From: a virus
Length of the DNA: 64,000 bases
Reading direction: 5' to 3' (one strand)
Virus record (IMG/VR): IMGVR_UViG_3300047558_000077
Span: 1-64,000 of that record
Shown: positions 28,700-38,359 of the stretch, piece after piece
How the letters are laid out: every line of letters begins with the position of its first letter
How positions within the stretch are numbered: the first letter of the stretch is position 1
Program-made: the position numbers and the translations under genes
Notes under the pieces: generated by a model
What the model saw: the letters and a program-made list of their open reading frames with translations, nothing else
The model's database searches: none
What the model was told of the DNA's origin: nothing

Positions 28700-30423
28700 T
28701 GATAACATTCCATGTGATTAGATACAAAAATTTTCTATCATCTGGAAATGTGTTTACTGAAATAGAACTAGACTCTCATAAGAATACTCTTATTATGGGT
28801 CACAACGGCGCAGGGAAATCAACATTGCTTGATGCCCTGTGCTTTGTTCTTTTCGGTAAGCCGTTTCGTAAGGTGAACAAAGGTAATGTTGTAAATAGCA
28901 TTAATAACAAAAACTGCCTTGTTGAGATTGAGTTTACCGCAAACAACAAGCGGTACAAAGTTATCCGTGGTGCCAAACCTAATGTGTTTGAAATCTACTG
29001 TAACGATGTAAAGATCAATCAAGATGCCGCTGCTAAAGACTATCAGGAACATCTAGAAAAATATATTCTAAAGATGAACTATAAGTCATTCACACAGATT
29101 GTTATTCTTGGTTCAGCATCGTTTGTTCCTTTCATGCAGTTGTCATCCAATGATCGTCGGTCTGTTATCGAGGATCTTTTGGACATTCAAATCTTTACCG
29201 CCATGTCTACGGTTGTAAAGAATAAACTACAAATGAACAAAGAAGGTCTAGAAAAGAACCGTGTTGTCTTGACTAGCAAGAATGAGAATAAGTCTTACAT
29301 TGAAAAGACACTTGCTTCCCTTCGTGCTAATAACGAAGAGAAGTTGAAAGAACTTGAAGCAAGGAAGGACGAACTTACGCAAGAGTCCATTAAGCAAGAA
29401 TGTATTGTTGAAAATCTTAAAATTGATTTTGAGAAAGCAACCGATCAAGACCTAAACCTAACACCATTAAAGACTAAGCATTCCAAGTTGGTCGCATTCA
29501 AGGCCAAGATTGAAGGCAATAAAGAAAGAGTTGTAAAAGAAAACTTTTTCTATCATGATAATGATACCTGTCCAACTTGTAAGCAGGATATCAGTCATGA
29601 ACATAAGTTCAATATGATGACAGATAATGACAAGAAGATTGCTGAATATGGAGATGGACTAAATAAGATCGAGGAACAAATCAACTCCGTTCTATCTGAA
29701 ATCGAGCGCATAGATGAAATCTTACAGAACATCAACAAGATTAAGTTGGATCTTTCATCTGCTAAGGCTACCTATAACAATACTGCTAATAATCTTCGTC
29801 AAATCGTGGAGCAGATTGAATCATTCGCTACATCGGACAAAACCACCCAAGAGTCAGAACGACAACTCCAAGTCGTTCAACATGATATTTCCACCCTCGA
29901 AGAAGAGAAGAAGGCCCTTCTAGATGACAGACAATACATTGACACGGCCATCACCCTACTCAAAGATGGTGGAATCAAGACTCGAATCATTAAGCAATAT
30001 CTACCTATCATCAATAAGCATATCAACAAATACCTGGCTAAACTGGGTTTCTTTGTTAACTTTAACATTGACGAATCCTTTAACGAATCCATCAAGAGTC
30101 GTTTCCGAGACGAGTTCTCCTATCAGAACTTCTCCGAAGGAGAGAAACTCCGAATTGATTTGGCCATACTTCTAACATGGAGACAGATTGCTAAACTAAA
30201 AAACTCCGTGAATGTCAATATTCTGGTGTTTGATGAAATACTCGACCGTGCCATGGACGCTAGTGGTATCGACGAGTTCCTTAAGATCATGTGGGATATG
30301 GGAGACAAAGGAACAAACATCTTCGTTATCTCACATAAGGACAGTATGGTCGATAGATTCCAGAGAACCTTGAAGTTTGAAAAGGTAAAGAACTTTTCGG
30401 TCTTGACAAGCGCCCAAGAATAG
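28699..30423 (+). CDS. gp46: Recombination ATPase gp46 (Rad50/SbcC-like)
   Basis: GHNGAGKST, zinc hook CPTC, FSEGEKLRIDLA signature, LVFDEILD, ISH. Confidence 0.96.
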   Translation: MITFHVIRYKNFLSSGNVFTEIELDSHKNTLIMGHNGAGKSTLLDALCFVLFGKPFRKVNKGNVVNSINNKNCLVEIEFTANNKRYKVIRGAKPNVFEIYCNDVKINQDAAAKDYQEHLEKYILKMNYKSFTQIVILGSASFVPFMQLSSNDRRSVIEDLLDIQIFTAMSTVVKNKLQMNKEGLEKNRVVLTSKNENKSYIEKTLASLRANNEEKLKELEARKDELTQESIKQECIVENLKIDFEKATDQDLNLTPLKTKHSKLVAFKAKIEGNKERVVKENFFYHDNDTCPTCKQDISHEHKFNMMTDNDKKIAEYGDGLNKIEEQINSVLSEIERIDEILQNINKIKLDLSSAKATYNNTANNLRQIVEQIESFATSDKTTQESERQLQVVQHDISTLEEEKKALLDDRQYIDTAITLLKDGGIKTRIIKQYLPIINKHINKYLAKLGFFVNFNIDESFNESIKSRFRDEFSYQNFSEGEKLRIDLAILLTWRQIAKLKNSVNVNILVFDEILDRAMDASGIDEFLKIMWDMGDKGTNIFVISHKDSMVDRFQRTLKFEKVKNFSVLTSAQE

Positions 30424-30450
30424 AGTATTATATTCATCTAACTGAAAGGA

Positions 30451-30780
30451 ATGAATATGCTAGATAAGTTTTTCCTGCGTGCTATGGCAGAGTCGGAACG
30501 ATTGATGGATGAAGGAAAGATTGCCTGGGTAATGGCGCCTAGTGTTTCTGGTGAAGGCATGGATAGACTCGCTGTAACTCCTGAGATTATGGAAGACCTA
30601 CAGTTGAAACAGGGTCAGACTGTAAACTCTATCCTTAGAGACGCTATCCTAATGATGACTTTGCAAAAAATAGGTGCAGATTTATCCGCTCTTAGGGAAA
30701 AGAAAGAAGAAGAAAAACTAACAGAAGACTTTGATTTCCGCACTATGATGGGAGATGATGATGCTAATGATAATCGATGA
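30451..30780 (+). CDS. Hypothetical protein
   Basis: ORF with SD, preceded by TTGACA-17-TATTAT (30403-30431). Confidence 0.5.
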   Translation: MNMLDKFFLRAMAESERLMDEGKIAWVMAPSVSGEGMDRLAVTPEIMEDLQLKQGQTVNSILRDAILMMTLQKIGADLSALREKKEEEKLTEDFDFRTMMGDDDANDNR

Positions 30781-30849
30781 TATCCGATACGGATATCAGA
30801 CATACAATATTGATAGTCTATGGACAGGTCTATCGCAAATGGGCTGGGA

Positions 30850-31497
30850 ATGAAATATCTTTTTTATGAAGATTGGGCTAACAAGCGTATTGATAGAGTT
30901 GTTAGCATCTTTGGTAAGGGCTGGTTCAACGGCAAAACTGTTCTTGAACTAGGTGCTGCTCATGGTGATATTGGTATCGAGTTACTAAAACTCGGTGCCG
31001 ATGTTACTTTCTCCGACGTAAGACAAGAGCATCTAACATCCATAAGAAACAATCTAAAGCAGTATAACTTCACACCAAAGACAATCTGTTTCAATCAAAA
31101 TGAAAAGTATGATCTTGGTAAAAAGTTTGATCTAGTTCTACACATCGGTGTTATCTATCATGTTAAGAACTGGAAACAAGATTTAGAATGTGCGTTAAAT
31201 CATACCAACACAATGATACTAGAGTCCGCAGTTTATCCTACAGATAAGCATATGAGACATCCAGTTTATGGTCCTTTCAAGTGTGAGAATCCACAATTCA
31301 CACAAGAAGAGATTGAAGAACATCTTACATCGTTAGGGTGCAAGTTCATTCGTTTCGATATTCCCGAGTTAGACTGTATGGGTGGTTGGCTAACATCTGA
31401 CATGAGAAACAACCATCTTTATAGTTGGACTAATGAAAGAGAAAACATAATCGGTGAGATGGATCATTACAGAAGGTTTTGGTTGGTGCTAAAGTGA
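30850..31497 (+). CDS. Class I SAM-dependent methyltransferase
   Basis: VLELGAAHG motif I, FDLVLHIGVIYH. Confidence 0.8.
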   Translation: MKYLFYEDWANKRIDRVVSIFGKGWFNGKTVLELGAAHGDIGIELLKLGADVTFSDVRQEHLTSIRNNLKQYNFTPKTICFNQNEKYDLGKKFDLVLHIGVIYHVKNWKQDLECALNHTNTMILESAVYPTDKHMRHPVYGPFKCENPQFTQEEIEEHLTSLGCKFIRFDIPELDCMGGWLTSDMRNNHLYSWTNERENIIGEMDHYRRFWLVLK

Positions 31498-32084
31498 TAT
31501 TAGAATTAGGCACAACCAAGATACTAAGAACACGTTACGATAGCACACCAGAGTTATATCAGTCCATATCAGACAAACTTAGAGATATAACAAGTCAATC
31601 AAACAAAGTTCCTTGGTTCATTCTAAACGGTAGTTGCTCATTTCATAATGTAGAAGATGAAGGAAGACAATTATACAAATGGGAAGAGTTGAAAGATTTG
31701 GTTGTGTTCCTTAAAGATGTTATGCGTGAGTATCTTGATAGTGTCTCTATAAAAGAAGAGGACGCTGCCGTTGCAGGAATGTGGGCCAATAGATATCCGC
31801 CAGGAACTTTTGTTGCTAGGCATAACCACAATCATTTGAAGAAAGAGGAACACATAGTCATTGGTGTGTTATACTACATTAGAAAAGATGACAATGCAGG
31901 AAGTTTGTATATTGACATTCCTGAATATGGCGAGTATAATGTGAATATGAATGAAGGAGATGTTGTTGTCTTCCAATCGTCTCTAGATCACTGGACTGTT
32001 CCTAACAATAGCAATACGGACAAATACGTTATAGGAATGGAACTAGTAGTAGGTGAAAAAGGTATGACCATAAATGAAATTTGA
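31479..32084 (+). CDS. Putative 2OG-Fe(II) oxygenase
   Basis: WANRYPPG..VARHNH, GVLYY, EGDVVVFQSSLDHWTVPN. Confidence 0.75.
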   Translation: MVGAKVILELGTTKILRTRYDSTPELYQSISDKLRDITSQSNKVPWFILNGSCSFHNVEDEGRQLYKWEELKDLVVFLKDVMREYLDSVSIKEEDAAVAGMWANRYPPGTFVARHNHNHLKKEEHIVIGVLYYIRKDDNAGSLYIDIPEYGEYNVNMNEGDVVVFQSSLDHWTVPNNSNTDKYVIGMELVVGEKGMTINEI

Positions 32085-32307
32085 CAGTGAGTTCTTTTTA
32101 GAATGGACATCGACGGCGCTGGTTATCACCGGCGCCGTTTTAACTGCTTGGAACATCTATCCACTGAACTTGGCAGTTCAGATTGTCGGTAATATAGGAT
32201 GGTTCATTGTTGGTTATATGTGGCGCAAATGGTCGCTTATGACCATTCAAGCAATAATCAGTGTAATCTACATTGTAGGTTTTCTAACGAAAGGACAATT
32301 CGTATGA
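32074..32307 (+). CDS. Small membrane protein
   Basis: Three hydrophobic segments; NIYPLN...GW..VG..W motif. Confidence 0.6.
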   Translation: MKFDSEFFLEWTSTALVITGAVLTAWNIYPLNLAVQIVGNIGWFIVGYMWRKWSLMTIQAIISVIYIVGFLTKGQFV

Positions 32308-32567
32308 GATACAATCATTGGTTCTGGAATAGTTCGTTTATGAATAAGGTGGCGACTTTTGTCGTATATCTAAACAACTATCTCTGGAGTAAGCAGTATG
32401 GCAAAAACTGATCCGCACAAAACACATTCATACTCACATGATTGGATGTTGATGACAGCCTTTGACTTTGAACTACGCAATCACCTCGCAGTAAAGTATA
32501 AGCACAATAATGAAAAAGCTATCATTGAACAATATCTCCAAGATCGTGTAAAAGAAATCAAGGAACG

Positions 32568-32795
32568 TTGGAAGTGAGAACTAACTTTTCACCGTTCAAA
32601 TCAGGTGATGTTGTGAGAATCAAATCTGACTTTCCCTATATCAATAGAGAACTGATGATTGATGAAATATATACTATCGAACAGATGTTTTCGGATGCTG
32701 GTATAGTATCGCTTGTAGGATTCCCTAAAGGTAAAACATTTCCAGAAGGCGCATTTGAGTTACTGTATAATGGAGAAATGAGTGGCAAAGACTGA
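32568..32795 (+). CDS. Small SH3-like hypothetical protein
   Basis: FKSGDVVRIK...IYTIE...FEL pattern. Confidence 0.45.
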   Translation: MEVRTNFSPFKSGDVVRIKSDFPYINRELMIDEIYTIEQMFSDAGIVSLVGFPKGKTFPEGAFELLYNGEMSGKD

Positions 32796-34059
32796 TGAAG
32801 AACTAAAAGATGTAGAAAGACAATGGGTCGAATTTCAGGCTAAGTTTGATCCTAAGTCTATTGAAGCACTATCAGATGATGAACTTAAAAAGGTTGTTGT
32901 TGATGATCTTACTACTGTATCCAACATGACAGTGGAAGAGTATACACTTTTTCAGAAGTGGTTAGAAGTTCACATCAAATATCCTACACACGAGGTCTCT
33001 ACGCTTTTTGGTGAAGAAAGGCAAATGGTTGATCTTGAAGCTGAACGAGAAATAATGAAGATCAAAGAGAATATTTGGATTCCAAAAGAACCTCAAGATT
33101 ATATCAATCTAAAACCTGTACTGGTATACACACCGCAATTTAAGTTGCAAGAGACTTGGAACACAATCCGTAATTTTACATCCACGATGAAGAATAACTC
33201 CAACATTGGACGTAATCTTTCTTATCTTGTTCAAGATGATGTTACAGGCAAGTATCTTGGTGTTATCTGTGTTTCATCCGACTTTCTCGATCTTACACCG
33301 AGAGATAAGTTTATTGGCTGGGACCGTGACGTTAAGACTAGTCAAGGTATGATCAATCATACTGCTATTGGTTCTACTATCGTTCCTCTACAGCCTCTAG
33401 GTTACAATTACACAGGCGGCAAGTTGCTAGCCTTACTTTGTCTTGCTGACAAGGTGCAACAAGATTGGAAGGATCAATACAATGATACGCTCGTTGGTGT
33501 CACTACTACATCTCTATACGGTAGAAATAAGACTGGTGGTCTATCGCAGTATGATAGACTTACACATTGGAAGAAAATGGGCTTCACAAGCGGTTCTGTC
33601 TCTTATGAAACGAGAAAACCTGTTGTAAAGCAAATGTTGGATTGGTTGAAGAAGAACCATACTCGCAAGTATTTTGAATGGTATGAAGCGAAGAACCTTG
33701 ATGGTATGCCTTTCAAACGTGACCATAAGAACCGTTCTTATACATTCATCTATTCACAACTCGGTGTTCCAAAAGAATTAGTTCGTTCAGAACATGCTCG
33801 TGGTATCTACTTTGCTCCTTTATACAACAATGCTTGCGAGTTTCTTCGTAAAGACATTACAGAAGATAAGTTGGTGAAGACCATCGATACTAGTTACGAT
33901 GCACTCGTGAATAACTGGAAAGAAAAGTATGCGGCTAAACGGATTCGATCCTTGATTGAACAGGACCGAGTATCACATGAAACACTATTTTATGATGATC
34001 TGATCTATATGGATTGGGAAGAAACCAAGGCTAAGTATCTAACACAGGTGGGAAGATGA
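32782..34059 (+). CDS. DUF4338 (DruA-like) domain protein
   Basis: GRNL.YLV.D..TGKYLG, RDKFIGW, VPLQPLGYNY.GGKLLALL, TTTSLYG and SQYDRL motifs. Confidence 0.7.
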   Translation: MAKTDEELKDVERQWVEFQAKFDPKSIEALSDDELKKVVVDDLTTVSNMTVEEYTLFQKWLEVHIKYPTHEVSTLFGEERQMVDLEAEREIMKIKENIWIPKEPQDYINLKPVLVYTPQFKLQETWNTIRNFTSTMKNNSNIGRNLSYLVQDDVTGKYLGVICVSSDFLDLTPRDKFIGWDRDVKTSQGMINHTAIGSTIVPLQPLGYNYTGGKLLALLCLADKVQQDWKDQYNDTLVGVTTTSLYGRNKTGGLSQYDRLTHWKKMGFTSGSVSYETRKPVVKQMLDWLKKNHTRKYFEWYEAKNLDGMPFKRDHKNRSYTFIYSQLGVPKELVRSEHARGIYFAPLYNNACEFLRKDITEDKLVKTIDTSYDALVNNWKEKYAAKRIRSLIEQDRVSHETLFYDDLIYMDWEETKAKYLTQVGR

Positions 34060-34186
34060 CGTTTACTCCTGACTCTCATTACTTCAACTTCTATGCTATA
34101 CAGTCACAAATGGAACATGCCATTCATTGGCTAATTCTACCATTCTTACTATACATCGTTTATAGATTGGTAAAGGGAATGGTTGG

Positions 34187-34705
34187 TTGAAGGTAGCAGA
34201 ACTCTTTTCGTATAAAGAGATTGATGGCAAATGGCGGGCTTTCAAGGTCCGTCGTTTGTCGTTTGTTCCTCTAGAATACACTGATAGAAACATAGAATGG
34301 GCTTCCAATAAGATACTAGAAACATTGGATCAATCCTATCTTTCTAAAAGATACAAAGAAGAAAACAAAATCAATCCTACATATGGTCATTGTTATCATG
34401 TCACACAGGCTATGTTTTATATGTTCGACACCGACCTGCTCGTGCCCATGCGTGGTGAAGATCACAGGAATGAATACCATTGGTGGCTGCAAGACGGTGA
34501 AAAAATAGTTGACCCGACCGCAAATCAGTATTATACTAGAGGCGAGTTACCTCCTTATGAGAACGGAAAGAAAAGTCAGTGGTATGCATGGCAGCGTCAA
34601 CCGTCGGCACGAGCATTCCGTTTGATTGTAAACGTCCTAGACAATGTGATCGATTCCACTGAATTGGTTGTCAACGAACACCATAACTCATTGATTTCAT
34701 TATGA
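34187..34705 (+). CDS. Hypothetical protein (possible papain/transglutaminase-like C-H-D triad)
   Basis: GHCYH...HWWL...IVDPT. Confidence 0.4.
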   Translation: MKVAELFSYKEIDGKWRAFKVRRLSFVPLEYTDRNIEWASNKILETLDQSYLSKRYKEENKINPTYGHCYHVTQAMFYMFDTDLLVPMRGEDHRNEYHWWLQDGEKIVDPTANQYYTRGELPPYENGKKSQWYAWQRQPSARAFRLIVNVLDNVIDSTELVVNEHHNSLISL

Positions 34706-34706
34706 C

Positions 34707-34735
34707 TTGACAAATGCAACCGGTTTTGCTATGAT
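34707..34735 (+). promoter_or_regulatory. Sigma70-type early promoter
   Basis: TTGACA-17bp-TATGAT with TGn. Confidence 0.8.
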
Positions 34736-34759
34736 ATTGAAAATCGTGAAAGGAAACAA

Positions 34760-36946
34760 ATGTCGGTTATCTCTACTTCTTCCAATTCGCTTCTAGCAAA
34801 ACTTCTTGCTACGGAAAACATTACGGTCCAGCATCAGTCTGGTATTAAGACTGCTATGTTTGACCTCAAGAATCGTATTCTTATGCTGCCTGTGTGGCAG
34901 GATGTTTCTGCTGACCTTGAACATTTGCTTATTGGTCACGAAACTGCCCATGCGATTGATACACCTAATGCAGAAGAATATCGTAAAGCATATGAAGGTA
35001 TTGCCAAGCGTGTATTTGGTAGCGAACTGACTGACCAGTTGACTAAAACTGTTGCTGGCTTTCTTAACGTTATTGAAGATGCTCGCATTGACAAGCGCCA
35101 GAAGCGCCGTTATCCTGGCCTTCGCAAAAACTATCTTCTTGGTTACAAAGAGTTGTTTGATCGCAACTTCTTTGGCACCACTGGTCGTGATATCAACGGC
35201 ATGAACTTTATCGACCGCTTGAATATCTATTTCAAGGGTGGTAATGTCAATCTCAATATCGAGTTTACACCCGAAGAAAAGGCATTGTTGAAGCGTGTTG
35301 AGAATGCTGAAACTTTTGCCGAAGTTATCGAACTGACCGAAGAAGTTTATCGGTTCTGTAAGGGTCAGATTGAAAATCAGCCTGACGATATTGATATCGG
35401 TCTTGGTGCTTCCGAGAACGGTGAAGACGGTGATGAATTTGACATGGAAATGTCAGATGATGCTGATGGTTGGGAAGATGGTGAAGATGATGATGCCAAA
35501 GGTGGCAAAGGTCGGAGCACTGGCGAAGGTGATATAGCGCCTACTGGTTCTGGTGGACCTTCTCGTGGTGCCGGTTCTGATGGTGTTGTGAATGATAAAG
35601 CACCAGAGTCCGTTACTGATAGCGTCTGGGAAAAGAAGCGTGAGGAACTTGTTCGTGATGCTAACACGGACTATATCTATCTTTCGCTTCCTCAGATTGA
35701 TTATAGTCAGTGCATTGACAACTACAAAGTTGTCCTTGCCGATTGGCGTAAAGAAATGACCAATGGTCACTGGCGTGGTATTGATCCGCCTCGGTTCGCC
35801 GAATTTCGCCGTGAGTTTATGGAATGGCGATCAAAAGAAAAAGATACTATTTCGTTTCTTGTAAAAGAGTTTGAACAGCGCAAGAGTGCCGAACTTTATT
35901 CTCGCATCTCTATCGCTAAGACTGGTATGATTGATACCAACAAACTCCACTCTTACAAGTATAACGATGATATCTTCCGTCGTTTGTCTATCATTCCTGA
36001 AGGCAAGAACCACGGTTTCGTTATGTTTCTTGACTGGTCTGGTTCCATGCTGTTCGGTCTAAAGCATACAATGAAACAGTTGTTTACACTGGTTTTATTC
36101 TGTAAGCAGATCCAGGTGCCCTTTGAAGTCTATGCGCTCAAAGATGCTCATGGTAATAATGCATATACTTACGAAGGTCAAAACATTCTGGAACTGAATA
36201 AAGTATGTCTTCGTCAGTTCCTGTCGTCTAAAATGAATACGGCAGAACTAAATGAGGCTATGACTTTCTTGTGGGGTATGGCTCATGGTGCTTATCTTTA
36301 CTGTGACGGTATGGGTGGCACGCCTTTGAATGAGGCTCTTATTCTTGCGCCGAAGATTGTAAATGATTTTCGTGCCAAGTATAAACTTGAAATCGTGAAC
36401 ACCATTGTTCTTACGGACGGTGATGCTAACGGATTCAATGGCGTGTTTAACGAAACTAATAACAACAAATCATACTCTCTTGGTCGGCGTAAGAGACAGT
36501 ATTTTTACACCGACAAGATTACAGGTAGAACGCATGAGATTTGGCCTCATAGTAATGGTTACACTAACAACACCAACATCTTTCTGCGTATTCTGAAAGA
36601 CCAGACTGGTTGCAATCTTATCGGGTTCTTTCTCTTTACAGAGTCTTGGACCAGATTTACATATCGTTTCTTGGATCAAAACACAATGGAGCATAAGAGC
36701 AAGGTTCAAAAGTTCTGGAAAGATAACAAGTTCTATCCTGTCAAGAGTGCCGGTTACGATGATTATTATGTCATCGATGCCAATGCTCTAAGAGAAGGTG
36801 ATGTAGGTCTTGAAATCGACAACAGCAAGTCCACGAAAGTTATGGCTAAGGCATTCTCCAAGTTTGCCGCTAAGAAGGCTGTAAATCGTGTCCTTCTTCG
36901 GAACTTTATCGACCACGTAACTGGTCAGGCCAAGAAGGTTGCATAA
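34760..36946 (+). CDS. CobT-like protein: N-terminal HExxH metallopeptidase-like domain, acidic linker, vWA domain
   Basis: HETAH, NVIEDARI, MIDAS DWSGSM...GGTPL...LTDG. Confidence 0.85.
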   Translation: MSVISTSSNSLLAKLLATENITVQHQSGIKTAMFDLKNRILMLPVWQDVSADLEHLLIGHETAHAIDTPNAEEYRKAYEGIAKRVFGSELTDQLTKTVAGFLNVIEDARIDKRQKRRYPGLRKNYLLGYKELFDRNFFGTTGRDINGMNFIDRLNIYFKGGNVNLNIEFTPEEKALLKRVENAETFAEVIELTEEVYRFCKGQIENQPDDIDIGLGASENGEDGDEFDMEMSDDADGWEDGEDDDAKGGKGRSTGEGDIAPTGSGGPSRGAGSDGVVNDKAPESVTDSVWEKKREELVRDANTDYIYLSLPQIDYSQCIDNYKVVLADWRKEMTNGHWRGIDPPRFAEFRREFMEWRSKEKDTISFLVKEFEQRKSAELYSRISIAKTGMIDTNKLHSYKYNDDIFRRLSIIPEGKNHGFVMFLDWSGSMLFGLKHTMKQLFTLVLFCKQIQVPFEVYALKDAHGNNAYTYEGQNILELNKVCLRQFLSSKMNTAELNEAMTFLWGMAHGAYLYCDGMGGTPLNEALILAPKIVNDFRAKYKLEIVNTIVLTDGDANGFNGVFNETNNNKSYSLGRRKRQYFYTDKITGRTHEIWPHSNGYTNNTNIFLRILKDQTGCNLIGFFLFTESWTRFTYRFLDQNTMEHKSKVQKFWKDNKFYPVKSAGYDDYYVIDANALREGDVGLEIDNSKSTKVMAKAFSKFAAKKAVNRVLLRNFIDHVTGQAKKVA

Positions 36947-36958
36947 AATCAAAGACTT

Positions 36959-36996
36959 AGGAAGGGGTTGACAAGACCCCTTCCTTGTGCTATAAT
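36959..36996 (+). promoter_or_regulatory. Consensus sigma70 promoter whose -35 box lies within a 10-bp inverted repeat
   Basis: AGGAAGGGGT-TGACAAG-ACCCCTTCCT; TTGACA(36968)-17-TATAAT(36991). Confidence 0.8.
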
Positions 36997-37032
36997 CCTT
37001 ATATAATGAGAAATGTGAAAGGAAAATCTCAT

Positions 37033-38253
37033 ATGACTAATGATCGTGATGTGTTTCTCGACAAAGTTCGGTTCGAGTTGGGTGGTGTGACTGAAATTAC
37101 CCGTCAACAGGCAATTGAATTGGCTGAAAAGTATAATCTTCCACGCCCACGCTGGGTTTGGAACGACCCTGCTCGGCGCCTCGGTCGTGGTGTATATGCT
37201 CTTCCTGAGCATAGTGGTTCCGTTGTTGCCACTTCTGCGCCTGTTACTAAAGTAAAGGCTCCTCGTAAGACTGCTAAGATCCAGTCTGTTGTTCCTGTTA
37301 CCGAAAATATGATTGCTATGGCTTCGACTGTTTCTATGTCTGCTCCTTCTACTAGCGCAACCGCTGAAATCTCCCTTGTGCCCGAAAAGGCTTCGGGTTA
37401 TGTGCCGTTCGGTAACTTTGCCGATGTTCGTGCTATTATCAAGTCTAAGAAGTTTTATCCTGCATATATCACGGGTCTTTCTGGTAACGGTAAGACTATG
37501 ATGGTCGAACAGGTTTGCGCTCAGGAAAAGCGTGAATGTGTCCGTGTCAATATTACTATTGAAACTGACGAAGATGACCTTATCGGTGGTTTCCGACTTG
37601 TCGATGGTCAGACCGTTTGGCAGGATGGTCCTGTTATCACGGCTATGACTCGTGGTGCGGTTCTCCTTCTAGACGAAGTTGACCTTGGTTCTAATAAACT
37701 AATGTGTCTCCAGCCTGTTCTCGAAGGCAAGTCTGTCTTCCTCAAGAAGATCAATCGCCTTGTTCATCCTGAAAATGGTTTCAATGTGATTGCTACAGCA
37801 AACACCAAGGGTAAGGGTTCTGACGATGGTCGCTTTATTGGCACCAACGTTATGAACGAAGCGTTCCTTGAGCGTTTCTCTATCACTATGGAGCAGGAAT
37901 ATCCTGCACAGAAAACCGAGACTAAGATCCTCAACAATGTTCTTGGTGCTTCTGGTATTGAAGCAAAAGAGTTTGTGGATAAACTGGTGACTTGGGCAGA
38001 TGTTATTCGCAAGTCCTTCTATGAAGGTGCTTTGTCTGAAATCATCTCCACTCGTCGTCTCGTCCATATCTGTGAGGCTTATTCTATCTTTGGGCAGAAC
38101 CGTGTGAAGGCACTTGAACTGTGCTTGAACCGCTTTGATGTGGATACTAAGAATGCGTTTATGGAACTCTATAAGAAAGTCGATGAAACCATTGATCCGC
38201 AGCCTGTTTCGGAATCGGAAACAGCCAAAGTGGGTGAAGAGATTGCTTTCTAA
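37033..38253 (+). CDS. MoxR/CobS-like AAA+ ATPase
   Basis: GLSGNGKT, ETDEDDLIGG, LLLDEVD, TANTKGKG, NEAFLERF and STRRL motifs; partner of the upstream vWA protein. Confidence 0.9.
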   Translation: MTNDRDVFLDKVRFELGGVTEITRQQAIELAEKYNLPRPRWVWNDPARRLGRGVYALPEHSGSVVATSAPVTKVKAPRKTAKIQSVVPVTENMIAMASTVSMSAPSTSATAEISLVPEKASGYVPFGNFADVRAIIKSKKFYPAYITGLSGNGKTMMVEQVCAQEKRECVRVNITIETDEDDLIGGFRLVDGQTVWQDGPVITAMTRGAVLLLDEVDLGSNKLMCLQPVLEGKSVFLKKINRLVHPENGFNVIATANTKGKGSDDGRFIGTNVMNEAFLERFSITMEQEYPAQKTETKILNNVLGASGIEAKEFVDKLVTWADVIRKSFYEGALSEIISTRRLVHICEAYSIFGQNRVKALELCLNRFDVDTKNAFMELYKKVDETIDPQPVSESETAKVGEEIAF

Positions 38254-38268
38254 CCCATAACAAGAATA

Positions 38269-38335
38269 CCCGTGTATAGTAAAATGATGCTGGTGGTTAT
38301 ACACGGGGCCTTTTCTTTCACGACCACCAGCATCA
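38269..38335 (+). ncRNA. Predicted pseudoknot or two-state RNA leader
   Basis: Perfect helices 38269-78/38298-307 (10 bp) and 38285-97/38323-35 (13 bp) are interleaved. Confidence 0.6.
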
Positions 38336-38359
38336 AAACTTTGAATGGAGAAATATATA

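Noticed and set aside
30778-30798. Palindrome TGATATCCG-ATA-CGGATATCA
   Set aside because: Single occurrence inside a probable ~30-codon mini-ORF, with no U-tract or promoter context. Function cannot be supported.
32398-32800. Two nearby ORFs both starting MAKTD
   Set aside because: Similarity is limited to five residues and probably reflects a favoured translation-start context.
37033-38253. Calling the AAA ATPase a cobalamin-synthesis (cobS) auxiliary gene
   Set aside because: No cobN or other cob genes are present, and the MoxR-vWA chaperone interpretation is better supported.
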